A DNA stretch of 64,000 nucleotides from an uncultured virus (IMG/VR IMGVR_UViG_3300044451_000218) (lineage: Duplodnaviria > Heunggongvirae > Uroviricota > Caudoviricetes). Below are positions 1-8,932 of this stretch, one piece after another. Position 1 is the first letter of the stretch. Every line of letters begins with the position of its first letter. Under the pieces are notes generated by a model. That model saw only the letters and a list, made by a program, of their open reading frames with translations. It was not told where the DNA came from and searched no databases. Position numbers and translations under genes: made by a program. Location of the stretch: the IMG/VR virus record IMGVR_UViG_3300044451_000218; one strand, given 5' to 3'.

Positions 1-3000
1 GCCGTCGTCAACACCACCGGGTGTTCCTTCTTCACCTTCTCGTTGAATGCTCTCAGGTCGGCCTCGTTGTCCTGAACGTCGAAACCGCCCAGGCGAGCCT
101 TGAGCCACTTCTTGAAGTCTTTGACGGTCGGCATCGGTTTGGCCGCGACCGCCCGCATCATCGCGTCGTGCGCCCGGTCGTCCATCTCCTCCACGTCACG
201 CGACATCCCGGTGAACGCCGCCAGTGCGGAGTAAAGAGCTTCCGAGGTGGCGTTCATTTCCTGTAGGTACGCCTTCTTGGAGTTCATCGAACTGAACCGC
301 TCGTTTTCTTTCTTCTGGTACTCTTCGAGCTTCACGCCGAGGTTCGGCCGACCGCCCGCTCGCGGGTGCGGGATCGCCGGGGAATCGTCCCTCATCTTGG
401 CCCCCTTCAAGACCTTGCCGATGTGACGCATCAATTCGTTTGACACGTCGCGACCCACGATGATGAACGGCACGCCGTCGCCCAACATCTTCAACGCGGC
501 CTGAACCAGCGGTTCGTTGGTACGGGCGATGAACGCCGTTTCCGGCATTTTCGGCCCGCCCTTTTTCGAGTCCTCGTGTTCCTTCTTGAGCGTGGTGAAG
601 ACCTCGCCATATTCCTTGTCTTGGTTTGTGACTTCGCCACCACCGCCGTTCGGGTACTTGCTCTCACTGTGTTTGAGGCCGGTAACGTGGCCCATGTTGT
701 TGACGTGGTCGAGAATGCCCTTCCGCGAGCGGTAGTTCGTCGTCAGCGTGTGTTCCGTGTCCTTGTCGCCCGAAAGCTCTTTCAGGGTCCGGCCGAGGCT
801 GTGGAAGGCGTCACCGTCAGCGCCACGGAAGCGGTAAATGGCTTGGTTCGGGTCGCCTACCGCCACGATCTTCGCGCCGGCACCGTGCAACTTCTCCAGC
901 ATCAGCTTTTGGCACGGGTTGAAGTCCTGCACCTCGTCGGCGAGGACCACGTCGTAGTGCGGCCAGTGCATGTCGTGGGCGTTGATCGCGGCGAACCAGA
1001 TGTCGTCCGAGAAGTCGCGCATGCTGCCCAGGTCGTATTCCATGCCCTTGAAACTGAGGGTCTGCGTCGTTCCCTTCGGCAGACTAGCCTTCAGCAGCCA
1101 CTCGGCTGCCTCAGCGATCTCGTCCTTAAAGTTCTTGCCCATGAAGTCGAAGCCGTAGACCTTCTTCAGAGCGGCCAGAACTTCCGTGACCATGCTGCTC
1201 GAACGGTACTTCCTGATGCGTTCTTTGATTTCGGCCAGCCCGGTATCGAGGTCGTAACCCTTGAACAGCTTTTCGAGTTCGGCCTTGACGTGGTTGCCGT
1301 CTTTTCGCGGATCGACGCCGTAAGCTTTCGCCAAGTCAGCGACCTTCTGCGAGACTTCCTTGAACATATAGCGGATGGAGTGTGCGCAGCTTTTCGCGGC
1401 CGTCGTTGAGTATTCCCCAATCGGCATCTTCTCGATGATGGCGTCGGCGGTCGCGTCTTCAACGATGCCTAGTTTCTTCAGCACCTCGTTGAACTGCGAT
1501 CCGTCCACGATTTCGCCCATTTTGCTTCGCGGCATCGGCGACTTTTCTTCCTCGTCCTCGTCTTCCGAAGCCTTGTTCCGCTTCTTGTTGAGTACCTCGA
1601 TCATCCGCTCGGTCTGGTCGATCCGGCTGACATTCTCGTTCGACTTCAGCAAGTTGCCGAGGAAGCCGTTCGTGGTGCGAACGTCAACCCAGGAGGTTGG
1701 GAACTTCTCTTGAGCCTCGACCTTGTTCTTGGTGTTGAACACCAGATACAGCCAGCGTTCGCCCGGCTTGCCGTATTTCCACGCCAAGTGCTTCAACATC
1801 GTCGTGTTGTGTGTTACGACGCAGTTTTCTGTGACGTACAAGTTGTCTTTCGCGTCAACCGCAATGCATTGACACGGTTTTTTGCCAATCGAAGTGATTG
1901 ACTTGATGACCCTAGACGGCTGATACTTTGTTTTGGGAGTGTACTTCTCCTGTTTCCTTTTCAAAGAAAAGGGATTGCCAGAGATTTTGATGTACACTCG
2001 GTAGCAAGGCTTGCCTGATTTTTTGACCCCTTTGTATGTGTAACTCGTTTTCTTGTGGGTGATTTTCCCGGTTCCGCCCAGTGACTCAACGAGGAATTTA
2101 ATGTCTTTGGCAAGACGATACGAAGCGGTAGGGTAGAAAATCGTGTGGGTTCCGACTTCTCCATCTGTGTCGAGAAGTCCGCTCAACACTTTCGCTCTTG
2201 TCTCAACTGTATTGAATTTGTAAATGTCTGGAACAAATTTATTGTCGGACCCCATTCTCCACAAGCCTAGTTTTTTGATCTCTGCCACAATTTCGTTCTT
2301 CCGGCCTTTGATGCCGCTTGAAATACGATAATCGCAGCCATATCCTGTCGGCCGGCTTTTCAAAGCAGGAGGCAGTAACCGATCAACGCTTTCGACTATT
2401 TCTTTGTCTTCCGATGAGTAGGACACGCAGCCGGTTCTGAAACTCCCGCCACCCAGAAGCACGCCCATTAAATACGGATCAATGATTGTCAGTTGCGAAG
2501 CAAACTCGACGTTTTCGACCATTGGAACATAGTGTTTTGGTTGTTTTCTGTAGAGCAAATCGCCAGCAATTTCTTTGGTAGTTAGGACTTTGCCATAAGA
2601 GAAAAGAGGTATTCCCTTTTGTTGACAGTAGACTCTTTCTCGTTTGCATTCTGTCAGCCAAAGGTGATCTTCAGAGCATTCCACAATGGACCCGTCCATA
2701 AATCCGACTTCGACCACTTCTTGCATCCCTTGAGGGAAGACTCCAATAACTTTGTGTGGTTTGCCGTCACGTCCAATGACCAGATTATTGACTTTAATGT
2801 CGCCCATCCTGATCCAGCCTTTTGGGGTCAAGATTTTGGAATCAAGTGGTTGAGCTTTGCCCGACCCGGCCAGAGCGTTGATCATCATGTGATCCTGGCT
2901 CTTGCTGGACATCATCTGCTCGAACCGCGCGTCGATCCGTCGCTGTTCGTCCGACAATTTCTCGTGTTCGAGGACGTGCTTTTTCTTGTCCGCGTCGTTC

Positions 3001-3794
3001 GGCTTGCCCTTCGACAACTTGCCCTCGACCAAATCGTGCAACTCGGCCAGACTCGGCGCGGAGTAGATGCTCTTGCCGTCATCCTGTTTGACCGACTGCA
3101 CCACGTTCGGGAGGTCGGACTTGGTAGTCGCGGCCATACGCTGGCCGCCGAACGTCCAGATCTCCCAAGCGCCGTTCTCGGCCTCGACAACGCCCACGTC
3201 TTCGTCGGCCTTGATCGTTTCGATGTCCTGCTTGGTTTTGGCGTAGATCCACTTCTGGCCCTTAGCAGGTGCGGCCGATGGCTTTGCTTGAGTTTGAGCT
3301 TGTTGTGGTTGTTGCGGCTGTGTGGCTCTGTGGGTGGCGGCGACTTGTCGGAGAGCTTCGATGGAGTCGGCCATTACCGGGGTGTTCCCGTCGCGGACGG
3401 ACTTGACGTAGTTCGCCAGTTCTTTTTCAGACACGAAGGCGCGGGCGTTCGTGTCGAGGTGGACGACTTCCCACGTCCCTTCACGGGGTTTTGAAACGCC
3501 CACGTCATCGCCGGCCTTCAATTGACCGACCGGCTTGATGATTCGACTGTAGATCCAGCGACCCGTGGGCTGTTTGTTGGTTTCCAAGAGGCACCTTGAG
3601 AGGATTTCGTCCTGAATTTCCAGATAAAATGCGTCACCCAGGTCGCTGCGGTGGTAGTTTTCAGCGATCCATTTTAGGTCGGAAACTGACGTTTCGCTGC
3701 CGAAATAGAAGTTCTTGTAGAACCGCGAGCGGCATTCTGAAACGAGCCAGTTTTTGAAGTCGAGTTTCATGTTGTCCTTGTTCTGCTTTCCCAT
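1..3794 (-). CDS. UvrD/Rep (SF1) helicase with long N-terminal extension and an intein; runs off the left edge (absent from ORF track)
   Basis: Manual translation: (MGKQNKDN)MKLDFKNWLVSE... Walker A INALAGSGK|intein|TTMLKHLA, Walker B YDVVLADEVQDFNPCQ, motif III VAVGDPNQAIYRFRGAD. Alternative ATG at 3770. Confidence 0.88.
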   Translation of the reverse strand, partial: MGKQNKDNMKLDFKNWLVSECRSRFYKNFYFGSETSVSDLKWIAENYHRSDLGDAFYLEIQDEILSRCLLETNKQPTGRWIYSRIIKPVGQLKAGDDVGVSKPREGTWEVVHLDTNARAFVSEKELANYVKSVRDGNTPVMADSIEALRQVAATHRATQPQQPQQAQTQAKPSAAPAKGQKWIYAKTKQDIETIKADEDVGVVEAENGAWEIWTFGGQRMAATTKSDLPNVVQSVKQDDGKSIYSAPSLAELHDLVEGKLSKGKPNDADKKKHVLEHEKLSDEQRRIDARFEQMMSSKSQDHMMINALAGSGKAQPLDSKILTPKGWIRMGDIKVNNLVIGRDGKPHKVIGVFPQGMQEVVEVGFMDGSIVECSEDHLWLTECKRERVYCQQKGIPLFSYGKVLTTKEIAGDLLYRKQPKHYVPMVENVEFASQLTIIDPYLMGVLLGGGSFRTGCVSYSSEDKEIVESVDRLLPPALKSRPTGYGCDYRISSGIKGRKNEIVAEIKKLGLWRMGSDNKFVPDIYKFNTVETRAKVLSGLLDTDGEVGTHTIFYPTASYRLAKDIKFLVESLGGTGKITHKKTSYTYKGVKKSGKPCYRVYIKISGNPFSLKRKQEKYTPKTKYQPSRVIKSITSIGKKPCQCIAVDAKDNLYVTENCVVTHNTTMLKHLAWKYGKPGERWLYLVFNTKNKVEAQEKFPTSWVDVRTTNGFLGNLLKSNENVSRIDQTERMIEVLNKKRNKASEDEDEEEKSPMPRSKMGEIVDGSQFNEVLKKLGIVEDATADAIIEKMPIGEYSTTAAKSCAHSIRYMFKEVSQKVADLAKAYGVDPRKDGNHVKAELEKLFKGYDLDTGLAEIKERIRKYRSSSMVTEVLAALKKVYGFDFMGKNFKDEIAEAAEWLLKASLPKGTTQTLSFKGMEYDLGSMRDFSDDIWFAAINAHDMHWPHYDVVLADEVQDFNPCQKLMLEKLHGAGAKIVAVGDPNQAIYRFRGADGDAFHSLGRTLKELSGDKDTEHTLTTNYRSRKGILDHVNNMGHVTGLKHSESKYPNGGGGEVTNQDKEYGEVFTTLKKEHEDSKKGGPKMPETAFIARTNEPLVQAALKMLGDGVPFIIVGRDVSNELMRHIGKVLKGAKMRDDSPAIPHPRAGGRPNLGVKLEEYQKKENERFSSMNSKKAYLQEMNATSEALYSALAAFTGMSRDVEEMDDRAHDAMMRAVAAKPMPTVKDFKKWLKARLGGFDVQDNEADLRAFNEKVKKEHPVVLTT
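1806..2855 (-). mobile_element. 350-aa intein with LAGLIDADG homing endonuclease domain, inserted in the helicase P-loop (class 3-like)
   Basis: GK|AQPLDSKILTP...CSEDHLW...YLMGVLLGGGS...LSGLLDTDG...PCQCIAVD...YVTENCVVTHN|TT; visibly more AT-rich than the flanks. Confidence 0.92.
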
Positions 3795-3901
3795 CACGGT
3801 TATGTAGTTACGCGGAACCGAACTCAAACTGGCAGTTTTTCGATCTCGGCATTGTCACAATCGAGCGTTTCGGTTACGCTTTCTCGAAACGGAGGTTTAC
3901 G

Positions 3902-4433
3902 ATGTGGCCCGAAGACATGGTGGTCGATTCCCCCGACTACATCCCCCTTCAGCCGAACATCGAGCCGAGGGAAATCGTCCGTAAAGTTTACAATTCCTAC
4001 TACTTCGCACGCGATTGCGAAATGACGGACAGGTGTTACCGGATCGGCGTCCGCATTCGCGGGGCCGACAACGTTTCCTACGTCACCCGCAAGGAGTTCC
4101 AGAAGCACTCCATCGACCCGGTCGGCTATCTGGCCGGCAAAACCAAATTGGTTGACGTGGGCGTTTCCGACCACACGAAGACCATCATCTTCTTCTTCGT
4201 GGGACGAGCTTCATGCCGCGACACTCACGAGGGAGCAAATCTTCTACGTCGCGTGCTGTTTGTCGGGCGGCGAGAAGGGAACGTATATCCCAGAGTGGCA
4301 GTTGCGACTCTGGGAGATCAAGACACTGGTTCTCTGCGGCGTCAAATACGAGTTCGCCATCTACGAGCGCCCGCCGCTCAACTGGTGGCAGTTTCCAGAC
4401 ATCATGATGTACCTGAAGAGGGTCGAGCCGTGA
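3902..4433 (+). pseudogene. Hypothetical protein, apparently frameshifted near 4200
   Basis: GGAGG RBS before ATG 3902; phage-like coding appears to switch frame at ttcttcttcgtgggac into ...WDELHAATL...KRVEP*. Confidence 0.45.
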
Positions 4434-4782
4434 ACTACCTGATCGAACACAAAGAACTGGCGATCTGCTCGCTGATCGTCGGGCTGTTCCTGCCGATGGT
4501 CGTGCGAAAGATCTACTCGACGTTCTGCTGGTGCGGGGAGAAGGCCGTCGCGTTCTTCGACAACCCCTACGGCACTGGCATACTGACTGCGATTCTGGTG
4601 GCGGGCCAGTTTTTCTGGCTCCAGCAGTGGATTTTCGCCTATAACGAGGTTACACAACACGACCGTACAACAGGTTCGTATACACGCCGATCACGGTGGC
4701 GATTCCGATGTTCTTCGCGAACATCGCGTTCATCATCATGGCGGCACTTCGGACGGTCGGCGCAATCGACGCGAGAAAGTGA
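4430..4782 (+). pseudogene. Membrane protein, apparently frameshifted near 4660
   Basis: GTG start MNYLIEHKELAICSLIVGLFL...; the hydrophobic continuation RFVYTPITVAIPMFFANIAFIIMAALRTVGAIDARK* is in another frame. Confidence 0.45.
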
Positions 4783-5132
4783 TGAAAGTCATCGACCGCT
4801 ACGAAGATGACATGAAGCTCGGCGAGCCTGTTCGCAGCAAGCTCGCCGAGGCTTATCGCATTTTGAATGACACCAAGACCCGGCTCCGCGAACACGCCGC
4901 CGCCAACAGGGTTGACATTTCTTTCTACATGCGGGCGTTGAACACCGCCTTCCAAATCACTCGTTCCGCCATTGTCGCGGGACGCGATAGGGATCGGATG
5001 AATCTCCTTTTCAGCTTGTACAAGGCCGAAATGATGTTGAAGTTTCGGTCGTCGCCGCGACTCGAAAAGCTGCTCAAGTGTGAAGAACTCGCCAAACAAA
5101 TCGCCGTCGAACTTTTCGGGGGACTTCTGTGA
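4779..5132 (+). CDS. hypothetical protein
   Basis: ORF with overlapping stop/start coupling to neighbours. Confidence 0.6.
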   Translation: MMKVIDRYEDDMKLGEPVRSKLAEAYRILNDTKTRLREHAAANRVDISFYMRALNTAFQITRSAIVAGRDRDRMNLLFSLYKAEMMLKFRSSPRLEKLLKCEELAKQIAVELFGGLL

Positions 5133-5857
5133 TCATCGCCACTAACATGAGCAAGAAAAACCCGATCCACGACGTGATCGCTTACTCGCCCGTCGAACGA
5201 CAGGTCTACGACCTTTTCAGGCCGAAAGCCAAAGTCGGCTACCGGATCGAAGATTTCTTAGTTCTTGAAATCAACGGAGTCAGTTGCGGCGTCGAAAGCA
5301 GTTACAAGAACGCAAAGTTGTCTGTGATCCGTGGTTACGACCCCGACGAGCCAAACTTCCACGGCCAGTACCCCTCGGCCATCCTGCCTTACAACAAGGA
5401 CGTGTCGAAAGACGTGACGAAGTTCATCGCCGCCCTGTCGAAGATCAACGACCTTCACGCCCGCGCCAAAGCCCTCGTGAGGAAATTGCCCGCGTCCGAT
5501 AAGGTCGAAGACTTCTTGAAACAAAAACTTGCCGGGGACGGCCTCACCGTTCGTTACTGGCACGCGATTGGTGAAATCAGCGGGTTGGAACTTATGTTCC
5601 ACGTCATGCCCGAAGGTCAAGCTCCTGCTCAGGGCGTGATGCTATGTTTTGAACACAACACGCACAAGATCAATCCGTTCTGGAACGGTTTCACCAAGCG
5701 TCGTTCCAAGCATTACGGGCCGGTCGATACCGTCGATCTGGCGGCGGGGCCGTGTGGCACGGGCGTTGACGCCATGAAACGCCACGTTCGGGTAATTGAA
5801 AACCTCAACAAGCGGATCGCCGCGTTCGAGATCGGGCGGTCAGGTCAACGTGGTTGA
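5129..5857 (+). CDS. hypothetical protein
   Basis: 242-aa ORF, coupled GTGA overlap. Confidence 0.65.
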   Translation: MIIATNMSKKNPIHDVIAYSPVERQVYDLFRPKAKVGYRIEDFLVLEINGVSCGVESSYKNAKLSVIRGYDPDEPNFHGQYPSAILPYNKDVSKDVTKFIAALSKINDLHARAKALVRKLPASDKVEDFLKQKLAGDGLTVRYWHAIGEISGLELMFHVMPEGQAPAQGVMLCFEHNTHKINPFWNGFTKRRSKHYGPVDTVDLAAGPCGTGVDAMKRHVRVIENLNKRIAAFEIGRSGQRG

Positions 5858-6419
5858 CGCTACCCCGGAAGAAGAAGTCGCCTACTTAAAGGAACGTGGC
5901 ATGTTGAACGTCGAGATCAAAGCACGCTGTGCGAAGGAACTTCACGCCGAGTTCGAGAAGACAGTTCTGGGACGCGGCGGCGAATTCCACGGCTGCGACC
6001 ACCAGATCGACACCTACTTCAACGTTCCGATGGGCCGGCTGAAGCTGCGAGAGGGGAACATCGAGAACTTCCTCGTGCAGTATAGCCGCCCCGACCAAGC
6101 CGGGCCAAAGATCAGCCAGTTCCGGTTGGTGAAGAACCCAAAGGACTCTGGGCTGAAAGAGGCTCTGACGGCTGCTCTCGGTGTGCTGGCGGTCGTGGAT
6201 AAGTGGCGTGACATCTACTGGATCGGCAACGTCAAGATCCACTTCGATTCGGTGGATAGCCTCGGCACGTTTGTCGAGATCGAGGCTCAGGACAAAGACG
6301 GTACAATGACAGTGGATCGGCTCCGCGAACAGACCGATGAACTGATCGCTGCTTTCGGGATCAAGCCGGAAGACCTGATCTCCGAGAGCTACAGCGACAT
6401 GATCCTGAAAGGCGTGTAA
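5850..6419 (+). CDS. cyaB: CYTH-domain protein (class IV adenylate cyclase / triphosphate tunnel metalloenzyme)
   Basis: NVEIKAR, QIDTYF, RLKLRE, VVDKWRDIY, VKIHFDSVDSLGTFVEIEA, ISESYSDM; start uncertain (5850 GTG or 5901 ATG). Confidence 0.85.
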   Translation: MVDATPEEEVAYLKERGMLNVEIKARCAKELHAEFEKTVLGRGGEFHGCDHQIDTYFNVPMGRLKLREGNIENFLVQYSRPDQAGPKISQFRLVKNPKDSGLKEALTAALGVLAVVDKWRDIYWIGNVKIHFDSVDSLGTFVEIEAQDKDGTMTVDRLREQTDELIAAFGIKPEDLISESYSDMILKGV

Positions 6420-6480
6420 GAAAAAGACATCAGAATTTCTTAGCTCGGTGTGGTGAAATGAACTGCGTGAAGGTGGTACT

Positions 6481-7136
6481 ATGACTCTGAAGCAACTGCG
6501 GGCGCGTATTGCGGCCAAGAAAGCCGCCAAAGAGCCGCATAATCTCGCCGGCATCCGTAACGGCGGCGAGTTGTACATCAACGACCAGACGGGTAAAACC
6601 GTCTTCGGGCCGATGCACATGGAACGCGACTTCGCGAAAAAGTTCTGCGAAGAACTGGGGATTCCTTTTACCGAGGACTGAGATGAAGGTCTGGTTTACT
6701 AAAGAGGCCAACTCGGACAATCTGCACGAGGGCTTCTTGATCAGTGACGGCCCTCGGCGTTTGCGAGTCATCGCGATGGGCAGCGTCAATGACAGCATTG
6801 TCGTTCTCGATCCGCAAATCGAGTTCTTCAGCAGCATGATGGTGATCAAGGGGTTCGAGGAGGCGGGCGCACTCCTGAACGACAAGGACGTGTTCCATTT
6901 GGTCAGCGTCATGGCTTTGTACGAAAACCCCAAATAGGTGCAAAATGGACGAACTCATCAAGGCGGCAGACATCGTTACCACCGTTCTCTGGAACGAGAT
7001 GGAGCGAAACGAACTGTCGCCTGACAAGCCCACGCTGGAACGGGTCAATCGAATCGGACCAAACACGACCGAAATCGAGATCCGGTTCCCCGGCCGCAAG
7101 TTCAAGAAGTTCGTGCTGACTATTGACCCGCAATAG
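6481..7136 (+). other. Three small hypothetical ORFs (6481-6681, 6683-6937, 6945-7136)
   Basis: Tightly packed ORFs with phage-like codon use. Confidence 0.55.
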
Positions 7137-7143
7137 CCAACCC

Positions 7144-7214
7144 CCACCTTTGGGCCAGTGGCTGGCCAGCGATCTCTAAAATCGCGCACATCGGTTCGAT
7201 TCCGATAAGGTGGG
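7144..7214 (+). tRNA. Amber suppressor tRNA, anticodon CUA
   Basis: Acceptor CCACCTT/AAGGTGG, D arm GGCC-AGTGGCT-GGCC, anticodon arm GCGAT-CTCTAAA-ATCGC (CTA at 7176-7178), variable loop GCAC, T arm ATCGG-TTCGATT-CCGAT, discriminator G; no encoded CCA. Confidence 0.9.
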
Positions 7215-7280
7215 CTGAATCTAAAACAAAATTTGCATTGGTCAGAACGACAATCGGTTCGATCCCCACAAGGTGGGCTG
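7190..7280 (+). repeat. 28-bp imperfect direct repeat of the tRNA 3' end (7190-7217 and 7253-7280)
   Basis: ATCGGTTCGATTCCGATAAGGTGGGCTG vs ATCGGTTCGATCCCCACAAGGTGGGCTG, 25/28 identical, 35-nt spacer. Confidence 0.85.
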
Positions 7281-7293
7281 GAGGAAAACAAAA

Positions 7294-7851
7294 ATGAACG
7301 CTAATGATCTCGTCAACGTATTGTCCGGCACGACCACTCGCAGGGGCTTCCTCGCCGAGACAATGGGTGTTGTGACCGCTCCGTTCTTCGCCACTGACAA
7401 CCTGCTGGCGGATGTCCCTCTCGTTCAGGAACACATCGTCGCCCGCGCCGACCGCCCGAACGGGAACAAACGGATCTACCCGCTCTCCGTGCTGCAAAGA
7501 GTTGTCGCAGATTCGGCCGACGCGGTCGCGCACAGACAGATGATCGGTCAGTTGGGGATGCCCGCCGACAGCATCATCCACTTCAGTCAGGCGAGCCACA
7601 TTGTTAGGTCGCTCAAACTGAGTGACTTCGGCCCGCAGATCGGGTGGCAGTTGATCGCCGAAATCGAACTGCTCGCCACCCCCTGCGGCGTCATCCTGAA
7701 GAAGCTGTTGGCATCGCCCGGACAGGTGGCGTTCAGGACGGCCGGGGTGGGCCACGGCAAGATCAACGATGACGGCATTCTGGTGATTGACGATTCTTAC
7801 AAGCTGGTCGGCGTTCACGCTGTTCCGGCAAAAGACGCCGTGTGGATTTGA
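7294..7851 (+). CDS. T4 gp21-like prohead protease homologue, catalytic residues apparently substituted
   Basis: NGNKRIYP, MIGQLGMP (cf. GELxHP), ASHIV, LLATPCGVILKKLL, FRTAGVG (cf. VSSRGxG); N-terminal TRRGFL. Confidence 0.7.
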   Translation: MNANDLVNVLSGTTTRRGFLAETMGVVTAPFFATDNLLADVPLVQEHIVARADRPNGNKRIYPLSVLQRVVADSADAVAHRQMIGQLGMPADSIIHFSQASHIVRSLKLSDFGPQIGWQLIAEIELLATPCGVILKKLLASPGQVAFRTAGVGHGKINDDGILVIDDSYKLVGVHAVPAKDAVWI

Positions 7852-8219
7852 CATGAAAGACAAGCCCCTGCCGCCGCTCAAACTGGTTGACGCCTCGCTT
7901 GACAAGCAGAACGCGGCGGCACTATACTTCACGCTCGTTTTCGAGGACGCGGCCGGTCGCAAGTGGACGACTTGGGGCGGCAAGTTCTTCGATGATCTCA
8001 AACCCGTGGGTGAACCGTGCCAGCAGACAGAATGTCCCGCAAATACGCCGAAGGCGTAGTGAAAACCCTCGGCGAGTGCGTCGAGAAGATCGACGCCGTG
8101 ATCGAACACGAACTGGCGCACAACAACTTCGAGGCGGTCGCCACGATGAAGGAGATGCGCGGCCGGTGGGAAACAAAAATCGAAGAAGCCGAAAAACGCC
8201 TGAAGGAAGACGACTAAAC

Positions 8220-8230
8220 GGTCTATACTG
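8220..8230 (+). promoter_or_regulatory. Recurring promoter-like motif GGTCTATACTG(AC); also 13828, 14513 (variant), 36366, 55043, 60118
   Basis: Near-identical 11-13-mer repeated upstream of gene starts; contains TATACT. Confidence 0.7.
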
Positions 8231-8293
8231 GCAAGGCGAAAGGGGGCAAGTCGCCCCCTCAAACGAAACGAAAACCCTGACCGAGTTGCGACA

Positions 8294-8644
8294 ATGTCCA
8301 CCAACGATCTGGATCGCCTGAACAACACCGCGCCGCACATGCACGGCAAGAAGCTCGCCGACGTGAACCTCGAACAACTCTGCACCGCCATCGAAGTGTG
8401 GAACTACACGAACGCCGGCAAGAAGTCCAACGGCACGCAGACCTTCGACATGCGGGACATCATCGAGGGTGCCGCCCTGTTCGCCTCGCCCGATACGCCG
8501 TGGGTGGTGATCGAGAGCGGCCCGCTCACCGGCCACCGCTACTGCAAGACGCAGCACGGGCTGGTCCTGCAAGCCCCCAAGCCCTCGAACGAGATGAGCC
8601 TGCTGGCCGAGGCGACCGCGCGGACCCTCGGCGTCAAGGTCTAA
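8294..8644 (+). CDS. hypothetical protein
   Basis: 116-aa ORF downstream of promoter motif. Confidence 0.6.
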   Translation: MSTNDLDRLNNTAPHMHGKKLADVNLEQLCTAIEVWNYTNAGKKSNGTQTFDMRDIIEGAALFASPDTPWVVIESGPLTGHRYCKTQHGLVLQAPKPSNEMSLLAEATARTLGVKV

Positions 8645-8657
8645 ACCGGAGTGAGCA

Positions 8658-8930
8658 ATGGCGACGTTACGGGAACTACGGACGAACGCGGGCCTCAGCC
8701 AGTTCCGATTGGCCGAACTAGCTGGTGTTCCGTTCCGCGAAGCGAGCCGACTGGAACACGGTCGGCCCGTCCCGCCCGAAACGAAGGCCAAACTGCTCGC
8801 CTACTTCGGCGTGACCGAGTTCGATGATCCTCCGATGGACGCGCCGGCCGACAACCCGGCGCGTCCATTCCCAGACGATGATGACGACCTCTACCGTTGT
8901 CAGTGGCCTTTACCCATTCCGAGGCTGTAA
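8658..8930 (+). CDS. XRE/Cro-type HTH protein
   Basis: LRELRTNAGLSQFRLAELAGVPFREASRLEHG. Confidence 0.8.
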   Translation: MATLRELRTNAGLSQFRLAELAGVPFREASRLEHGRPVPPETKAKLLAYFGVTEFDDPPMDAPADNPARPFPDDDDDLYRCQWPLPIPRL

Positions 8931-8932
8931 AC

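Noticed and set aside
21..3494. Plus-strand ORFs 576-1409 and 2619-3494
   Set aside because: Antisense shadows of the minus-strand helicase gene
7144..7214. Pyrrolysine tRNA
   Set aside because: Standard 5-bp anticodon stem, D-loop GG and TTC T-loop, unlike tRNA-Pyl; no pyl genes seen
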